In this document: in pieces, positions 27,567 through 41,949 of the stretch
Layout: each line of letters opens with the position of its first letter
How positions within the stretch are numbered: position 1 is the first letter of the stretch
NCBI GenBank assembly: GCA_020536535.1
Contig: JAHLWZ010000877.1
Location: 1 to 63,105 of the forward strand
DNA length: 63,105 bases
Direction of reading: 5' to 3'
Origin: Pelomyxa schiedti
Lineage: Eukaryota > Protista > Evosea
The notes under the pieces: model-generated
What the model was told of the DNA's origin: nothing
The model's input: only the letters and a program-made list of their open reading frames with translations
Databases searched by the model: none
Program-made: the position numbers and the translations under genes

Positions 27567-28576
27567 TCATTCTATTTGTGTGTCACCTTGTGAAGTTGCT
27601 CCTACTTCAACAAAGCGCAGGGTGGCACCATGGGTGCGGGTTACTTTATCCACTGCCCGGAATTGGCTTGGGTCTATGGTGAACTCCTGATAAAAGGTTA
27701 AGAATTTTGGCATGTGGGAAGGGCAACAAACCATCGTGAGTGTGGGTGTTCTTTCCTCGTGAGTGACAAGCGTAAGTAATGGTACGAGTTCTCCTTTCAG
27801 TGCCTCTACATCCGTGGTTGCGCCGCATGTCAGTCGTAAACGCATAGGCGCTCGTTCAATTGGTATAACTCCGCCATCCTTCAATAGTTTTATTACTTCA
27901 AGTGCCTGGTGGAAAGGTTAGTTTACAATGGCCATAATCACTATGTAGAAACCTGTTGTTTTGCCGAGTGCCGTGAATTGACGGAGTAGTGAATATCGTG
28001 CATGGCACGTTCTACCAACCCCACAGTGAGTGGGTGCTTTGTGTGTGGGTCTACACACTTCTCTGCCACAACAGTGGCAATATCTCGGAACAAAGAATCT
28101 AGGTGTACAGTGCGCTCCTTCTCCGTTACTTGCAGCTCGCCTTTTCTGTGAAGTTTGATTTTTGGTTTTTGAATATCGGTGTGGTATTGTTCTCACTTGA
28201 GTATCTCTATTGCCACCTTCGATTCATCCGTCGTTTTGAAGGCCGCCGTGAGGTCTTTCTTGTTAGCAAGTACTCCTTTGCTCACGTTTGTAAAAATTGT
28301 TTGCATTTGCAGGACTTCAGACAGGTCTGTGACTCTAATAACACGGCTTTAGCACAACATAAAAACAACCAACCCCGAAAAGAAAAAATCAAAAAAAATC
28401 CAATACAACAAACAAAAAGAACGATGCACGCACACTCCAGATCTCCAAGCTAGCACAGTATTTGGGTAACACGCGATTTCGAAACGAACACCGGCTTTGT
28501 TTAACCGCACCACGGCCACATTTGTCAATAGTTTCTGGTTCTGTGGTGTCTTGATAGATCCTCTGCTACCCTTCAT
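27567..28576 (-). CDS. SBDS: Ribosome maturation factor SBDS/Sdo1
   Basis: [29 protein letters not shown]; C-terminal [10 protein letters not shown] and [12 protein letters not shown]. Confidence 0.93.
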
Positions 28577-29274
28577 CTCCGATACACGACTACGAACGCC
28601 TCCTGTGGTTCCAATTAATTAACACCTCGATCAGGATCTGAATAAACGTGGAATCTCAATCGCTAATTTTCCGAATCCCGACAGCAACCCACAATTCACC
28701 TCCAGGCACCGATTGTCCTTTTAATCTCCCGCGGAAGAGAGGCGAAACTTGTGGAGCCCGTCCCGGCCCGGGCTGCCACAGACCACGCTAGGCCCAGATA
28801 GATCAGACGGTGAGTGTGTCTGTGATATCAGTTGTTGTGTGTGGTGTTAGGTAGGTGATCATTGGAAACGCAAAGAGCCTTAAGGGGGGCTATATCCCCT
28901 TCATAGTTTTTTGTTGTTGGTGGGGGGAGGTCACGAAGAAGTGTGGTGTGTATTACTTAGACTCTTGTAATGCTACCAATGCTTATTCTCTTACCAAACC
29001 AAGGAGCGGACACAGACAGCACAGTCCTGGAAGTATCAGAAGAGAAAGGCTGTGTCAAGGTGATGTGGGACAATGGTGAGTGCAACCTATACAGATACAA
29101 CTCCAGAAGGTTGGATGTGCAGGTCCACAACCAACATTAATATTAAAATGGTTTTTTTTTGACCAGGTGCTTCTTGGAGAAAACACTGCTGTGTTGGTTG
29201 TGGTTGTGTCCCAAGGCTCACGACTGGCAAGAAGAGGAACACAAATCAAATCAAATCAACGAAAAAAAATTGCG

Positions 29275-31086
29275 ATGAGCAACAAAATAATGATGAGAAT
29301 AAAGGAGGAGGGGGGCAGCGACTCCGGCAGTGGTGCCGAGGAACTGGATTCCAATGATGACGTCATCGAGAGCAACTCCGGAAGCGGATGTGCTGAATCA
29401 GAAGCTGATGATTCCAGTGAGTCAATGTGTGCTGATGCTGTTTATTCTGGTCATTCTGGTGGCGCTGTGAGCTCCTCTGCGGTGTACAATCCAATGGCTA
29501 AGGTGATGCTGGCCTTTCTGATGTCCCGCCACCCAGTCTGTGGTGCTGCAAGTGCCGCTAGAGTACTCCCAGAGTCCTTCATTTGTATGTTCTTTCGCGA
29601 GTATGTGCTGTGCTTTTGACTTTCAGCTTGGCCCACTGCTCACTGCGCACCATCACTTGTTACACTGTCATTGTGATGGTGCGCAGTGAGCAGTGGGCCA
29701 AGCTGAAAGTCAAAAGCACAGCACAGCGAGAAAAGAAGTGGAAGCGCCACCTGATCAAGCTCAGGGTCTGCCCTCTTACACTTAGTATTGTTGGGGATGT
29801 TGAAGTTGTGGAGATGCCAGTGGTGCACAAGGGTGGTGTCAGATTTGTGAGCCCAACACACTTTCTGCTGGAGGTTCCTGTGTCTTGAAAGCCAAATATG
29901 TTCCAGTATTGCTTGGGAAATATAAACACTGGGGGTGAGCTGGTCAAATTCCTTGGAGTATCTGGAAAGATGAAGGTAGGGATCTGTCAAAAAATATGGA
30001 TATACTCTGGAACTGTCCCAGAGGGTGCAAATGCAGAACCGCTTCATGTTTTGTTCATTGATACTCTCATTGGGAAGAACTGCCCTTGTTGTGCCACAGG
30101 TTTTCATTTTATGTGATACAAAGTTTTCTTACAAATTACCAGAGTGAAATTCTGCTATGATCCCTGATAGATATGCAATGTGGAAGACTTCTGTAAATGG
30201 TGGCATAGTTGTGGTGCCCCTCCCAGTTAAGATGCCCTTATGCTGTATCATTTTCACAGACGTTGAAGTGGCTGTCCTTCTGTGGGCTGATCATACTGAC
30301 ACTGGATCCACAGTTGTACAATTCGATTTCGCTGACGTGAGACAGACATATAGCCTTCAGCAATATTCTGTGTCTCTCTCTGCAAGGCATTCCATACCGT
30401 GGGGAAAAGCAGTCATTGAAAGGGCACTGCTTCTGAGGAAGAGTGACAGTGAGAGGCTTGTTGTTTTTCATACCAAGAACACCGGGAGTGTATACATTGC
30501 CTCAGCGACATCCTGCCAGGAAGTTGTCCATAGTGCCATCAAGTTGATATCACCAGTGAGTGGACTGTTACTGCCGGACCGGTTCCTTCTGATTCACATT
30601 GGATTCGATTATGAAGCTCAACTGTGGGGATGCGACATCACAGCTCAACAGCAACTAGATCCACTGTGCTTTGGCAAGATGAGCCTTCGTCCATCCAAGG
30701 GTGCCATAACCACATGTGTTGTCAAAGCTGCCCACAGCACAGAATCCACTGAGCTTTTCAACAAGCAGAACGACGAAGACGTGGAAGAAGTCAGGAACCA
30801 AGTGACATCAAGCGGAGGTGTAGAAAACAACGGGATTGTGGCCCTGGTGCGCTGTGAGGCGGCAAAGACTCTAGTATTATCAGAAGGGTGGCTGCAACGG
30901 GCGCGGGAGCGGGAGCGAGAGCAAGAGCAAGTGCACGAGCAGCAGCGACGTGGTGGGAAGTTGGGAATCACGCGGCAGCGAGAACGAGTTAGGTTCGTTG
31001 AGCCCCTCTCTGGCACTGCTATAGCTTGCATTGAGTTAGCTGAGGGAACAACGGTTGGGGACTGGTTCTGTTTCCCCTCCTCGTGA
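29275..31086 (+). CDS. Lineage-specific family protein (AFLMSRHPVCGAASAARV N-terminal motif, beta-rich body); frame interrupted near 29600 and 30140, possibly a pseudogene or mis-assembly
   Basis: Successive plus-strand ORFs 29275-29619, 29628-29873, 29907-30100 and 30157-31086 with compatible composition; not all junctions resolve with normal-length introns. Confidence 0.55.
29604..29725. repeat. Perfect 53-bp inverted repeat with 16-nt loop
   Basis: 29604-29656 is the exact reverse complement of 29673-29725. Confidence 0.95.
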
Positions 31087-31396
31087 GTGACGTGCTATGT
31101 GCCCTTGGAATTGATTAGGCCGAGAAGAGAAGTAAAATAAACAATTGAATACCCCGTCTGCTTGTCATTCTATTGGTCGGTGTTACGCAACACAAAATAA
31201 TGGGAACACACCTCTCGTCACTTTTTTCTGCCACAAGTCCCAATTGCAATCGTGTGGACCGGCGCCAGTGATTGTGCGTTTTATCGAGAAGAATCACCAT
31301 CACTTGGTTTTCGTTGAATGTGCTGGATCCTAGAGGAGTTCGGAAAGAAAGTGAGTTCAGCGTCTAATTTAAATTGAGTGCAATGAGTTGAGAGCA

Positions 31397-31837
31397 TCAG
31401 AAGCAGACAGCCGGGTGGTGCGATAACGCGACATCATCCCAACAAGAAGGTGCCGCCACCACGCCCATGTGGTTCCGCCAACACGCCAAGGCCAGCGGGC
31501 GCCCCTTGTTCACATCCCATCCACACCGCTCGTTGCCAGCAGCACCCTCACCACTGCCTTCTTTCCGTATTCGGCAGCTTCGCACAGTGGCGTATGACCC
31601 CCGCAGAAGGTGGGGTTTGTCGCGCCCACGGCGAGGAGCTTCCTCGCGAGCCGCACGTGCCCGCGCGCGCACGCACGCGATGTGGAGCATGGTGGCGCCC
31701 GAGGGTATGATGGGAGTGTTGAAGTCCCAGGTGGGTACGGGAGCCTGGGGCATGTCGCCGTGCACGCACGCACGCACGCATGCGGCGAACGTGGCGCTGC
31801 TCTGTTCCTGTGACAGTGGTGGCGTTGTCATCCTCAC
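31397..31837 (-). pseudogene. Frameshifted ankyrin-repeat gene fragment
   Basis: GATMLHIAC (frame A) -> ARGHVRLARKLLAVGA..GHTPLCEAAEYGKKAVVRVLL (frame B) -> DVNKGRPLALACWRNHMGVV (frame A); first shift falls in a GTGC/GC slippage tract near 31670. Confidence 0.7.
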
Positions 31838-32151
31838 GGTTGGTGGGTTTCAGTTGTTTTGATGGTGGTGGTGGGGGCAAAACTGCTGATGGGGCAAGGT
31901 GTTGGTTGGTTTTCAAACCAAAACTGGTTACAGGTTACTTAAACGGCAGAAAACACTGTGTGCGATGATTCCGTGGTACGGGTGTGAGGAGTGATGGGCG
32001 AAGGATTAGGGAATCTTGGTGTGTCATCGCTTTGTGTGTGTCTTGGTTAAAAAAGGAGCCTGGTAGTAGTCAGTGTGTACCATCGTGTTCTGCTTTCTTT
32101 CGGTTTGATTTTTCAGTTCCACATTTTTTCCTTTCTATTCTTTTGCCCACG

Positions 32152-34616
32152 ATGTCATCTGCGGATATTGCACAACCACGAGACGACAACGGAGGCTCAG
32201 GCACAGACCAACTGAATGAAAAACTCAAATCAATTGCTCCCGACGGTCCCACAATCGGCACCACGGCGTCGTCCAACCCCCCAACCAAAGCAACAACCGC
32301 AGCATCGACAGCTTCAACGTCAGAACAAATTCTCCAACCGCAGCCACAACAACAACCCATAATTACAACTGCCGTACCCGTACCAATTGACACCACAAGC
32401 AACAATCCCGTCTGCTCGTCGTCATCTTCCTGCTCCCATAATTGCACATACTCACGAAACGACGCTGAACCAGTCGAACCGACACTGTCATACAATTCAA
32501 CGATAATTCAGCAGGGGGAAGACAAAGAACGCACTAGGACTCTGGATTCCCAAATTGTGAACCCTCAAAATCAGGAAGTATTACAAGGCCAATTGCAAGT
32601 GCAGGATATAGGTGAAAAGGGCATAATACCACAACAACAACTTCCACCTGCACAGCAACAAGCAGATGACAACACTGTGCAACAAACATCCCATAACTTG
32701 AATGCCGCGGAATCTCGGTACGACCAGCAGCAGGCTCAGGCACAGGTTCAAGTTGAAGTTCAGCAGCAGGATCAACGAACTTTGCCTGAGGATATGCCAA
32801 AAGCCGTGATTGGCCACAGAGAAATGGTTTCTTTCATATCCAGACTGACATTGTTCTAACTTATTTTTCCCTTCCCCTCATTTTCCCCGTGTCACATTTA
32901 CTTTGAAAAAAACCCAACAACCAGGAAAATGTAATGCCAGTAATGAATACCATCACTGGGCGTTCATCTCAACCTAATATGGCTGTACACTCATATGCCC
33001 AGTTGAACCAGGGGGAAATGGAAATGCCTCAAGTAATGCGACCAATGTTTCAACAACAACCAGGGATGGGCCCTGGTGTGCATGGCGTAAATAGTCTGGG
33101 AGTGAATGCACTCCCTCCCAATGAAGATCAGGAAATGTTTACACTCAGACTGAGACATCAGAAGGTTTCTAGTCTGCAACAAGACATGTACCCAACAACA
33201 TTTAACAGGTTCTGTATTGGACTGGGGCGATTTGGCACGAGTATCGTGATGTCAGAAAACTGAAATTGATCAGGCCCCCACGAGAAGTCTCTATTCCCGA
33301 TCCATCTACACTCGTGGGACAAGGGGTTGTATCACCAACCATGGTACAATTACCGCCCAGCAGTGTCAGATATGTGTGTCTCCTCAAAAACCTGCTGCAT
33401 CTTAAAACCTCGAGTAGATCCGCAGTACAACCTCTTTCAAGGGACAAGTATCTCAACAAAAAATCCTCTCCAGAAGAAGTACACATGATTCGGAAGATGA
33501 TATCAATATCTGGCCAGAGGTTTACTTTGTCAATGAAGCCTGGTACTACTACCAACCACAGAACACTGTAATTATGGTACCAAATATATATTATGTGCCT
33601 ATGAGCTTATATTATTCTGCAGCTTGATGAAAATTGGAAAGGGGAGACCATTGAAGTGTGTACGTACATTTTTTTTTGCAATAAATTCAAATCACTACTC
33701 TTTCCAAACAGGCTTTCCTCTCATTCAGTGTGACCGCTGTAAAGATTATGCCACCCCCCAAAAGAAATTCCAAGAGCACATGGTTGGTAACAAGAAGAAG
33801 CATTTCTGCAGCCTAGAGTGCTTTCATTCTCTCACTACAAACCCTCCTCATCACCCACAAGCAATAGCACAGAGCCCTATTCAGCCTTCATCAAAGATGC
33901 ACACACCTCACCACTCTCAACACCAGCCACAGCAGATGTGGACTTCACAAGCAGCCCACATGAGTAGAAATTCATGTAAGCTTCACAATCAAATGCCTTA
34001 ACTTATTCCTTCCCTTCCCTTCGGCTCCAGTAGTCCCCCCAATGATACCCGTTAGCCACGCCATGATACCACCTCAAATGCGCGCACCACCAATGAGAAT
34101 GCCTCTCAACATGATGCCAGGACCTATGTACTATACTCCAAATGCCTATCAACGTAAGTGTTTTCCAACCTAAAGTCAACTAACTCTTGCACAGTAATTC
34201 CAGCACAACAAAACGAAGAAATGGCAGCTCAGCAGCTAGTGGGTCTATCCGGTGATGCCCAGAGGGTCCGAGGCGGAGAACCACTGGAATACCAAACTGA
34301 AGCCGGAAGGAAACGCACAGGAAGCAGGTTCCTAGACGCCGAACCTCCCTATTCCAAGCGCTCCGCACCCGCGATGGTTCCGCAGCAAATGCCGGGAATT
34401 CCGACAATGCTTGTGATGGACCCGGAATCTCAGGTGCAGCAGAACCTGCAGGCACCTCCATCACCATCATTCCTGCCTTACTACACACCACAGCAGAGCG
34501 AGTATCAAACATTCTCACCGTTCATTGACCAGTCCATATTCACACACCTGCCCCCACCTCCTCCAAGTTTGTCCTTGGAGGGCACTTCCTCTCCTGACCT
34601 TTCTCAGCAAGAATGA
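32152..34616 (+). CDS. Q/P-rich protein with an FCS/MYM (TRASH-like) zinc finger
   Basis: Multiple spliced Q/P/M-rich exons; CDRCKD..KKHFCSLECF at about 33728-33825. Confidence 0.6.
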
Positions 34617-34780
34617 ACATAAACCTTCAAAAATAATAAAAAAAAGAAATGTCCAGTCCCAAGCTTTTACTTTATTTTTGGTTTGTTTTGCTTTTTGTGA
34701 TGTTAGTGATGTTGGCACCATTTATGGTGGTTTCTTTGTGTGATACATTTAGTTCTTGGCTTTGTTGGTTTGTTTTACGG

Positions 34781-35826
34781 CTAGCAACAGCCGTCTTTGG
34801 TTGGTTTTTCCTTTTCAGTGTGTGCATCATCATGTCCCTTGGGATCACCACTTTCTTTTCCAATCTCAATGGTTGTGCCAACCTCGTGTGATCTTTCTTC
34901 GGTATCGGCACCTTGGCTTTTAACATATTCTGTAGTTATGTTAAGTTGGGGAAGTAGTGCATATTGTTTCAGTTACCTCTCAACAGTGTTTGGAAGGCCA
35001 CATGGACATTCTGGTCACTAAGGGCTAAAAATAATTACAAAAGTTGTAGTTGCAGATTGCAAAAGGTACCAGAAGTCTCCATAAATGAAAATTTGTTGGA
35101 GTTGGCAAATTCTTGCCCCTCTTCTGTAGTCACCTCACGTAAATCATGTAAATCGAGTTTATTGCCCACTAACATAATAACCAAATTTTTTTCTCCATGC
35201 TCTCTAGAGAAAACATGCATTAAAATCACAGAACAGACTTCATTGCATACCTTAATTCATGGAGCCACTTGGATATGTCCAGAAAAGATTGTTTCTTGGT
35301 GATGTCATAGACTAGTAAAAGGTTAAGTTGGATTGTGTTAGGTTTATTTATTTCATAATGGCGAGAAGGTCAAAACCTAACATAGCCCCAGCAGCACCTC
35401 GATAGTATGCTGATGTTATAGCCCTGTACCTTTCTTGACCAGCTAGAATATGTGTTTGAGAACATTATAAGAAGATAGAGAATGGAGTGTATGAAGAAAT
35501 TGTATTGTGGTGATACGTGCCAGTGTCCCAAATCTGCACTTTGACACTTTTCCCCTCAACCTGCTCAGTGCGGGTTGCGAACTCAACACCAACAGTAGGT
35601 TCTGTTCGAAGGTAGAATTCATTCCTGTGTTTGTTATTAAAGCAGAGTCAATTACGGCACAGAATACAACATACCTCACGAATCGCGTTAGTAGCCCACT
35701 TTTGCCAACGCCGCTGTTACCAAGAACCACAACTTTTTTTTTTTTACACAAAAAGGTCAGTCAGAAATGTATGTAGAGAGGCACTCGATATGTACTTTTG
35801 ACAACAAAGTCCACGTCGTCACTCAT
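34781..35826 (-). CDS. Divergent Rab11-like GTPase (tandem copy)
   Basis: [61 protein letters not shown]; ends KDGCC*. Confidence 0.9.
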
Positions 35827-36255
35827 TTATTTTTTTTTATTGTGTTTGTTTTGTTTGTTGCTGGGACGCTCGGGTTGCTGGTTGGGAAATAAATTAATTT
35901 TACTGCAACAACAACTTTCCGAGAACTCAAAGAGAGCACGCTTAAACGAATGTAACGTGAGTGGGTTTCGCCCTCAATTGTGCCCCAAGCTGCCCTATAT
36001 CCAATACCATAAGGAGAGTTCTAAGAGAGCGCAGCGTTTCTCTTGGTGGAGTGAACCTTGATCAGGGAGTTATCAAGATTGATTGATGAAAGTCTCAACG
36101 CAAGTTGAGAAATGGAAAAAAGACAAGCGAAAAAGAAAAAAAATGATGTTGTTTGTTATGGACAAAAATGTGATACGCGGTGGGCAGATACAACCGATTG
36201 TGGATCCATGCCTGCCGCGTAGCACACCGCAGTGGAACCCGAGCAATGGGCCTGT

Positions 36256-37243
<988 letters not shown>

Positions 37244-37537
37244 TTACGTCGGTTTTGTGTCGTTGTGATGACGCTGTCGCGGGTCTGTGGTTATGGTTTT
37301 TCTTTTTAATTTTGTTTTTTCGGATCTGGGCTTCTAAGACTTCTGGATGGTGTTTTTTCCTTTTGGAACTTTTTTGTTTTCCCGCACTTTCCGGGTAGGT
37401 ACTGCTCTCAACCCCCAGTTGCAAATTTGATCAGTCCGTATCGACACAAAATCGCCCACCACGCTCTTCAACGCAAGAGTGAACAGGAAACTTATTGATG
37501 CAGGAAGGTGGAATGGGTGACTCATAACAGTGTGTGG

Positions 37538-38892
37538 TTACAGGCAGAGGTTGAGCAGTGGCCTCAAACTGCGCAACTCCTGTGTGAGGTTTTTGGCAGT
37601 GTGAGCGGCTGGAGTTTGTTGTAGGTTTAACTCCCGCAATTTGGTGAGCCAGGCTCCCCTATTGCTTTGCCGTGAGGATGAGTCTCCGCACATGAACACA
37701 AGGAGCTCGATGAGGTGGTCGGTTATATTCCCGCAGTGTGAAAGGTTAAGCCGTCTCAAAAGGGGAAGGGAGTGCAGTAGCGCGAGGGCCGTATTGTCAC
37801 AGACCCAGTCACAATGTCTTAGGAAGAGCACTTCAATGTGGCAGTGTGGAATGATAACATCCTGCAAAAAGTGAGGAGAGTTAAATCACAATGATACACT
37901 AGATTCAGTATACTTTGGCAAACCTGAAAAGCCATCGAAGAGACACCAGAAGTAAATGATAAATCAAGGTTAGTAAGGCCATTACAAGTGTAAAAGAGTT
38001 CCTGTTTTGCTTGTTTGCGTATTATTGGTGTATCTTACCGTTACCTGCACGAAGGTATCAGTCAAGTGAACCCAAGCCAAGCTGAGCTTATTTAGGCACC
38101 GTAACGAAGTGACAATATCATCTGTAAGAAGCATATCAGGCGCACGGAAATCAAGCTGCATTGAAGATACGTAAATTAAAACAAGAAAAAAAGAAGGGTG
38201 ATTAAAACCCTTCGTAATTTTGGGCAATTCTTTAGTGACTGAAAAATTCTGGCTTTCCTTATCAACAAAAGTATATTAGGAGTCTGGCATACCAGTTACA
38301 TTTTGACACCTACTGATACAAAGCGACGTTAGTGAGCTTCTCGAGTTCTCCAATATCTTTTGAATAACAATATCACTAAGCAAACTACAATACAGTTAAC
38401 TAACTCTGTAGAAAGTGAGCGTTATTACTGTTGCTTTTCAAAAGATATGGAAGAGAATCTGCAAGTCTCTGAAATGTGGTTGAGAAACGGTCCTGTTGGA
38501 GTGAGTTTTTGCAACAAAAAGTGACCAATTACCTGTTACGTAACATTCCTCCGTCTCACCAAAAGAAAAATCCTGAGGCCATTTCTCATCGAAAAAGACT
38601 CTTGCACTGAAGGCGCTAAGCAATACAAGGCGATGTCCAACATCTCTTACACATCGGAAATGTCGCGAGAAGGCACTTTCTTAATCTGAGAAAGAACCTT
38701 GTGCCTACAATCAAGAGGCATGCACTCTTGTATTCTCCGCGTCAACGCGATAAACTTCCTTTTATCCGCGCACCTCAATTTTCAGTCAGATCTCCCCGTA
38801 CGTTCGTAAAAACCTCACTTGTCGTCTCTCCATTGCGAGCACAGAAGCCGTAAAAGCGCACGACAACACAGTGTCACCAGAGACACCATCAT
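37538..38892 (-). CDS. Cysteine-containing LRR protein (AMN1/FBXL-like)
   Basis: N-terminal SLVTLCCRAL; LRR_CC units such as LTSLCISRCQNVT, LNKLSLAWVHLTD, IEVLFLRHCDWVCD, LRRLNLSHCGNITD. Confidence 0.72.
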
Positions 38893-39102
38893 TACTTTCT
38901 TCCAATACTATGCATGTGCGATTTACAAAATGTTTGTTAGGCTCTTCTGTCACATTACTTTGCCTGCTCGCTTGTCAATGTGTCTTTCGGATCTGGCGTT
39001 TCGTCCGTTGAGCTCACCTTTTTATTTTTTTAAAAAAAAGGAAAAAGGCGCGATGGGGGTGTTGTGTGCGGTGTGTGTCAAATGGTCATTTTGCAATAAA
39101 GA

Positions 39103-39798
39103 ATGTTGGCAGAAGAGCTTACTTGTGATGGTGCGGAGGTGTACCCACAGACCGTTGATAATGTAGCTGTTTGGGATCTCGGTGCCGGCAATGTGAGCAA
39201 TGCGTTGGAAACAACTACCATAGTGTCGATTCCTCGGTTTCCTTCCAACAAGAGGTGCTCTTTTCTGTTCTCAGTGGATGGCCAATAATCCGTGTTGCAG
39301 AGCAAAATGCCAGCTTACGCTGAGAGACATTTCCGTTGCTAACAGTGACAAGAGTGACGGTTCCCCGTCGTCACAACAATATGAGACTCCAGATATGGGT
39401 ATGCCATTTCCTCCCTATACCTTATTACCTACCACCCGCAGATACAACTGCTAAAAACAAAGAGAAGGAGCACCAAGAAAGGTATTATTTCACCAGAATT
39501 TGATACCATAACTAACGAAGTTTCCAGGATATTGCGAAACAGAGTAAATGCCCGACAGCTGAGAATCAGGCAGAAAGAATACCTCATTGTGCGTCTTAGA
39601 AACCAAAACTACACTCACTTAAACATTACATAGGACTTGGAGAAGAGAGTATCCGACCTTACAGCAGTGAACACTGAGCTCAATGCAACAGTCTCCTTGC
39701 TTTCCAATGAAAATGCCCTCATGAAAGAACAAATCAACCGCATACGTGCATATATTGCCACCAGAGCCAATGGTCTTGAGCCTTCACAACAGACCTAA
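39103..39798 (+). CDS. bZIP transcription factor (split by introns; the domain is absent from the ORF track)
   Basis: Spliced: KEKEHQERILRNRVNARQLRIRQKEYLIDLEKRVSDLTAVNTELNATVSLLSNENALMKEQI (N-x7-R basic region plus Leu heptads). Confidence 0.85.
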
Positions 39799-39908
39799 CC
39801 CTCTTGTTGCATCCTCCTTTTCCTGTGATATAAACAGTAGAAATATGTCTTTTTTCAAAATATGAGGGTTTTTTAACTTGCTAATTTGAGTACGATAACT
39901 GTTAGTGG

Positions 39909-41659
39909 TTACAAATCCAAACAGTTTTCCAGTGCACTTGTGTGTAGTAATGTAACCGTGCACATGTGGTTTCTTTTGCAAGCTTCATCGCAATCACTGA
40001 GGTCAGCCATGCCTCTGTTGTGCCACAAGTAGTGCTGGAATACAGTTTCATTGTTGTGCATAGTGTCAATTAATAGTGCAAGGGAATCCCCAGATAGGTT
40101 CGGCAGATTGTACTCAGTGGTGAATGTGTATTCGTATTTCCATTCCAGTAGTTCCCTCTGGTTGGCATCCAGGAGATCAAGATAGTACTGTGTGTAGTCT
40201 GGTTTAAACGTAACGCATAGGGAAAAAAGACAAAACCGGACCTGTGAGTGTGTAGGGACTATCCCTAAGGTAGAAGTATTCCCTTATTTGTGGATTGATA
40301 TGTGATACTGTTGCCACTGATCCTGTTATGAGTACTGGTACATTGTTGCCATTAGTTTGCCACATGACACGGAAACTGTCAGTATGGAGGTGCTGAAATA
40401 AAAAAAAATGAGAAAAAGAAGTAGAAATTTTTATTCTTTACCCCATAGAGGTGGGCAACAATGATATCTGAATAAGCTGAGAAGATTTCTATGTACTTAT
40501 CATTAAATTCTTCGAGCATAGAAAAGCTCCAATCTCTCTCAGAATAACCAGCTGTAAGTAGACAGTTACTATATGTCATAGATAGTTTGCAGTTACGTGG
40601 TACGTGGGCAATTATAAAAACTCTTTCTAACTGCTTTTTAGCTGCTTCTAGGGTAGATTGAAGCCACATAAATTGGTCAGCTGGATCGGGTATTCCAATA
40701 CAAGAAGCTTGTTACTCTGTTAGAATTCATTTGAAAAACCCAGGCATGAGAGATGGGCTTTACGGTTCCAGGAGCAGTAGAACAGCGTATTCAAGAAAAT
40801 AAAACGCAAATCCTGGTGCATGAGGTACTAAATGAAAACGAATTAGAATCAAAACAAAACGAACGAGATTCACACAGTATAATAGCCACCCTTGGAAAGC
40901 GTTTCTAATTGGTCAGGGCCAAGCCATTGGGACCACAGATTTACTGCCTCGACATCAAATCAGTACATCCCACTATGACAATAGATGAACATACAGCTTC
41001 AAACAACCAAGTACTGTTCGGTGACACCACATCCTCAGGATAACTGTCATCTTTAGAATTGGGCCTTAGTAAAAGTCGTGCTGAAATTTTGGAAATATAC
41101 GATTGCCAAGCAACGGGAATACTTGTGTATCAGGAAATAATTGCTTTATCATGTCTGTTGCATTTTTCAGGTACTGAATAATAATATCCTCAGACATCTC
41201 AGACCAGTAGTGTGGTACAATATCTCCTTTGTTTAAAAGCATTAACGGCAAACCAACCCAATAAATTGTTTTGCCCACCAGACCAGATAATGAAGTCAGG
41301 TTCCTCATCCAAAGACTTGGCAAACTCCCATGCACTTTTATAGGTCACATACGGCACATCACATGCATAGTCACCAAAACGCCCTTGCAAGTTTTTCAAT
41401 TCGGTAAATATACACAGTAACAATCTTTGGCAGCAAGTTATGATGACAAACCGGCAGAGCCAACAGAAGACGCGTTCACACAGTGATAAAGATCCACGTC
41501 CGAACCAGGCGCGTAGTAGGGACTGAAATGCACGTCCGCGAGATGGAGAAACCGCCCCCCAGAACCAATCTCCCTCGTACCACCATACAATACGCTCAAA
41601 AGCAACACTACCGCCACAACCACCCAACAACGACACGCCACAGATCTGGACCCTGCCAT
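39909..41659 (-). CDS. Acid sphingomyelinase-like phosphodiesterase (SMPDL3-like), N-terminal signal/anchor
   Basis: FLHLADVH, GRFGDYACD, PDFIIWSGD, VFPLLGN, DPADQFMWL, VFIIAHVP, IVAHLYG, INPQIREY, Cys-containing C-terminus. Confidence 0.9.
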
Positions 41660-41949
41660 CACCCCCGGCAAATTAATTTAACTATGTGGATCTTTCTCCT
41701 GTAGAAACGAGCAAATCGTGTGTGAAATGGATCCAATTCGGGAATTGACTATCGGTGGGGCGGTTCAAGTCGTAACGAAAAAGGTTGTAAGGTTCTATCC
41801 ATTTATTTTACGATACACTGAGAGTTTGGGGTTAGAGTAGTGAGTGGAGCGAGATAAGTATTGTGTGGTGAAGTAACATCTGGAATATAGTTTGGAAACT
41901 AGGTATAGGGCAAATAATATGGTTGGATTGTGTGAGAACGGAATACTGC

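Noticed and set aside
41758-41778. GGTTCAAGTC resembling a tRNA T-loop/B-box
   Set aside because: The flanking bases do not form a T-stem or cloverleaf.
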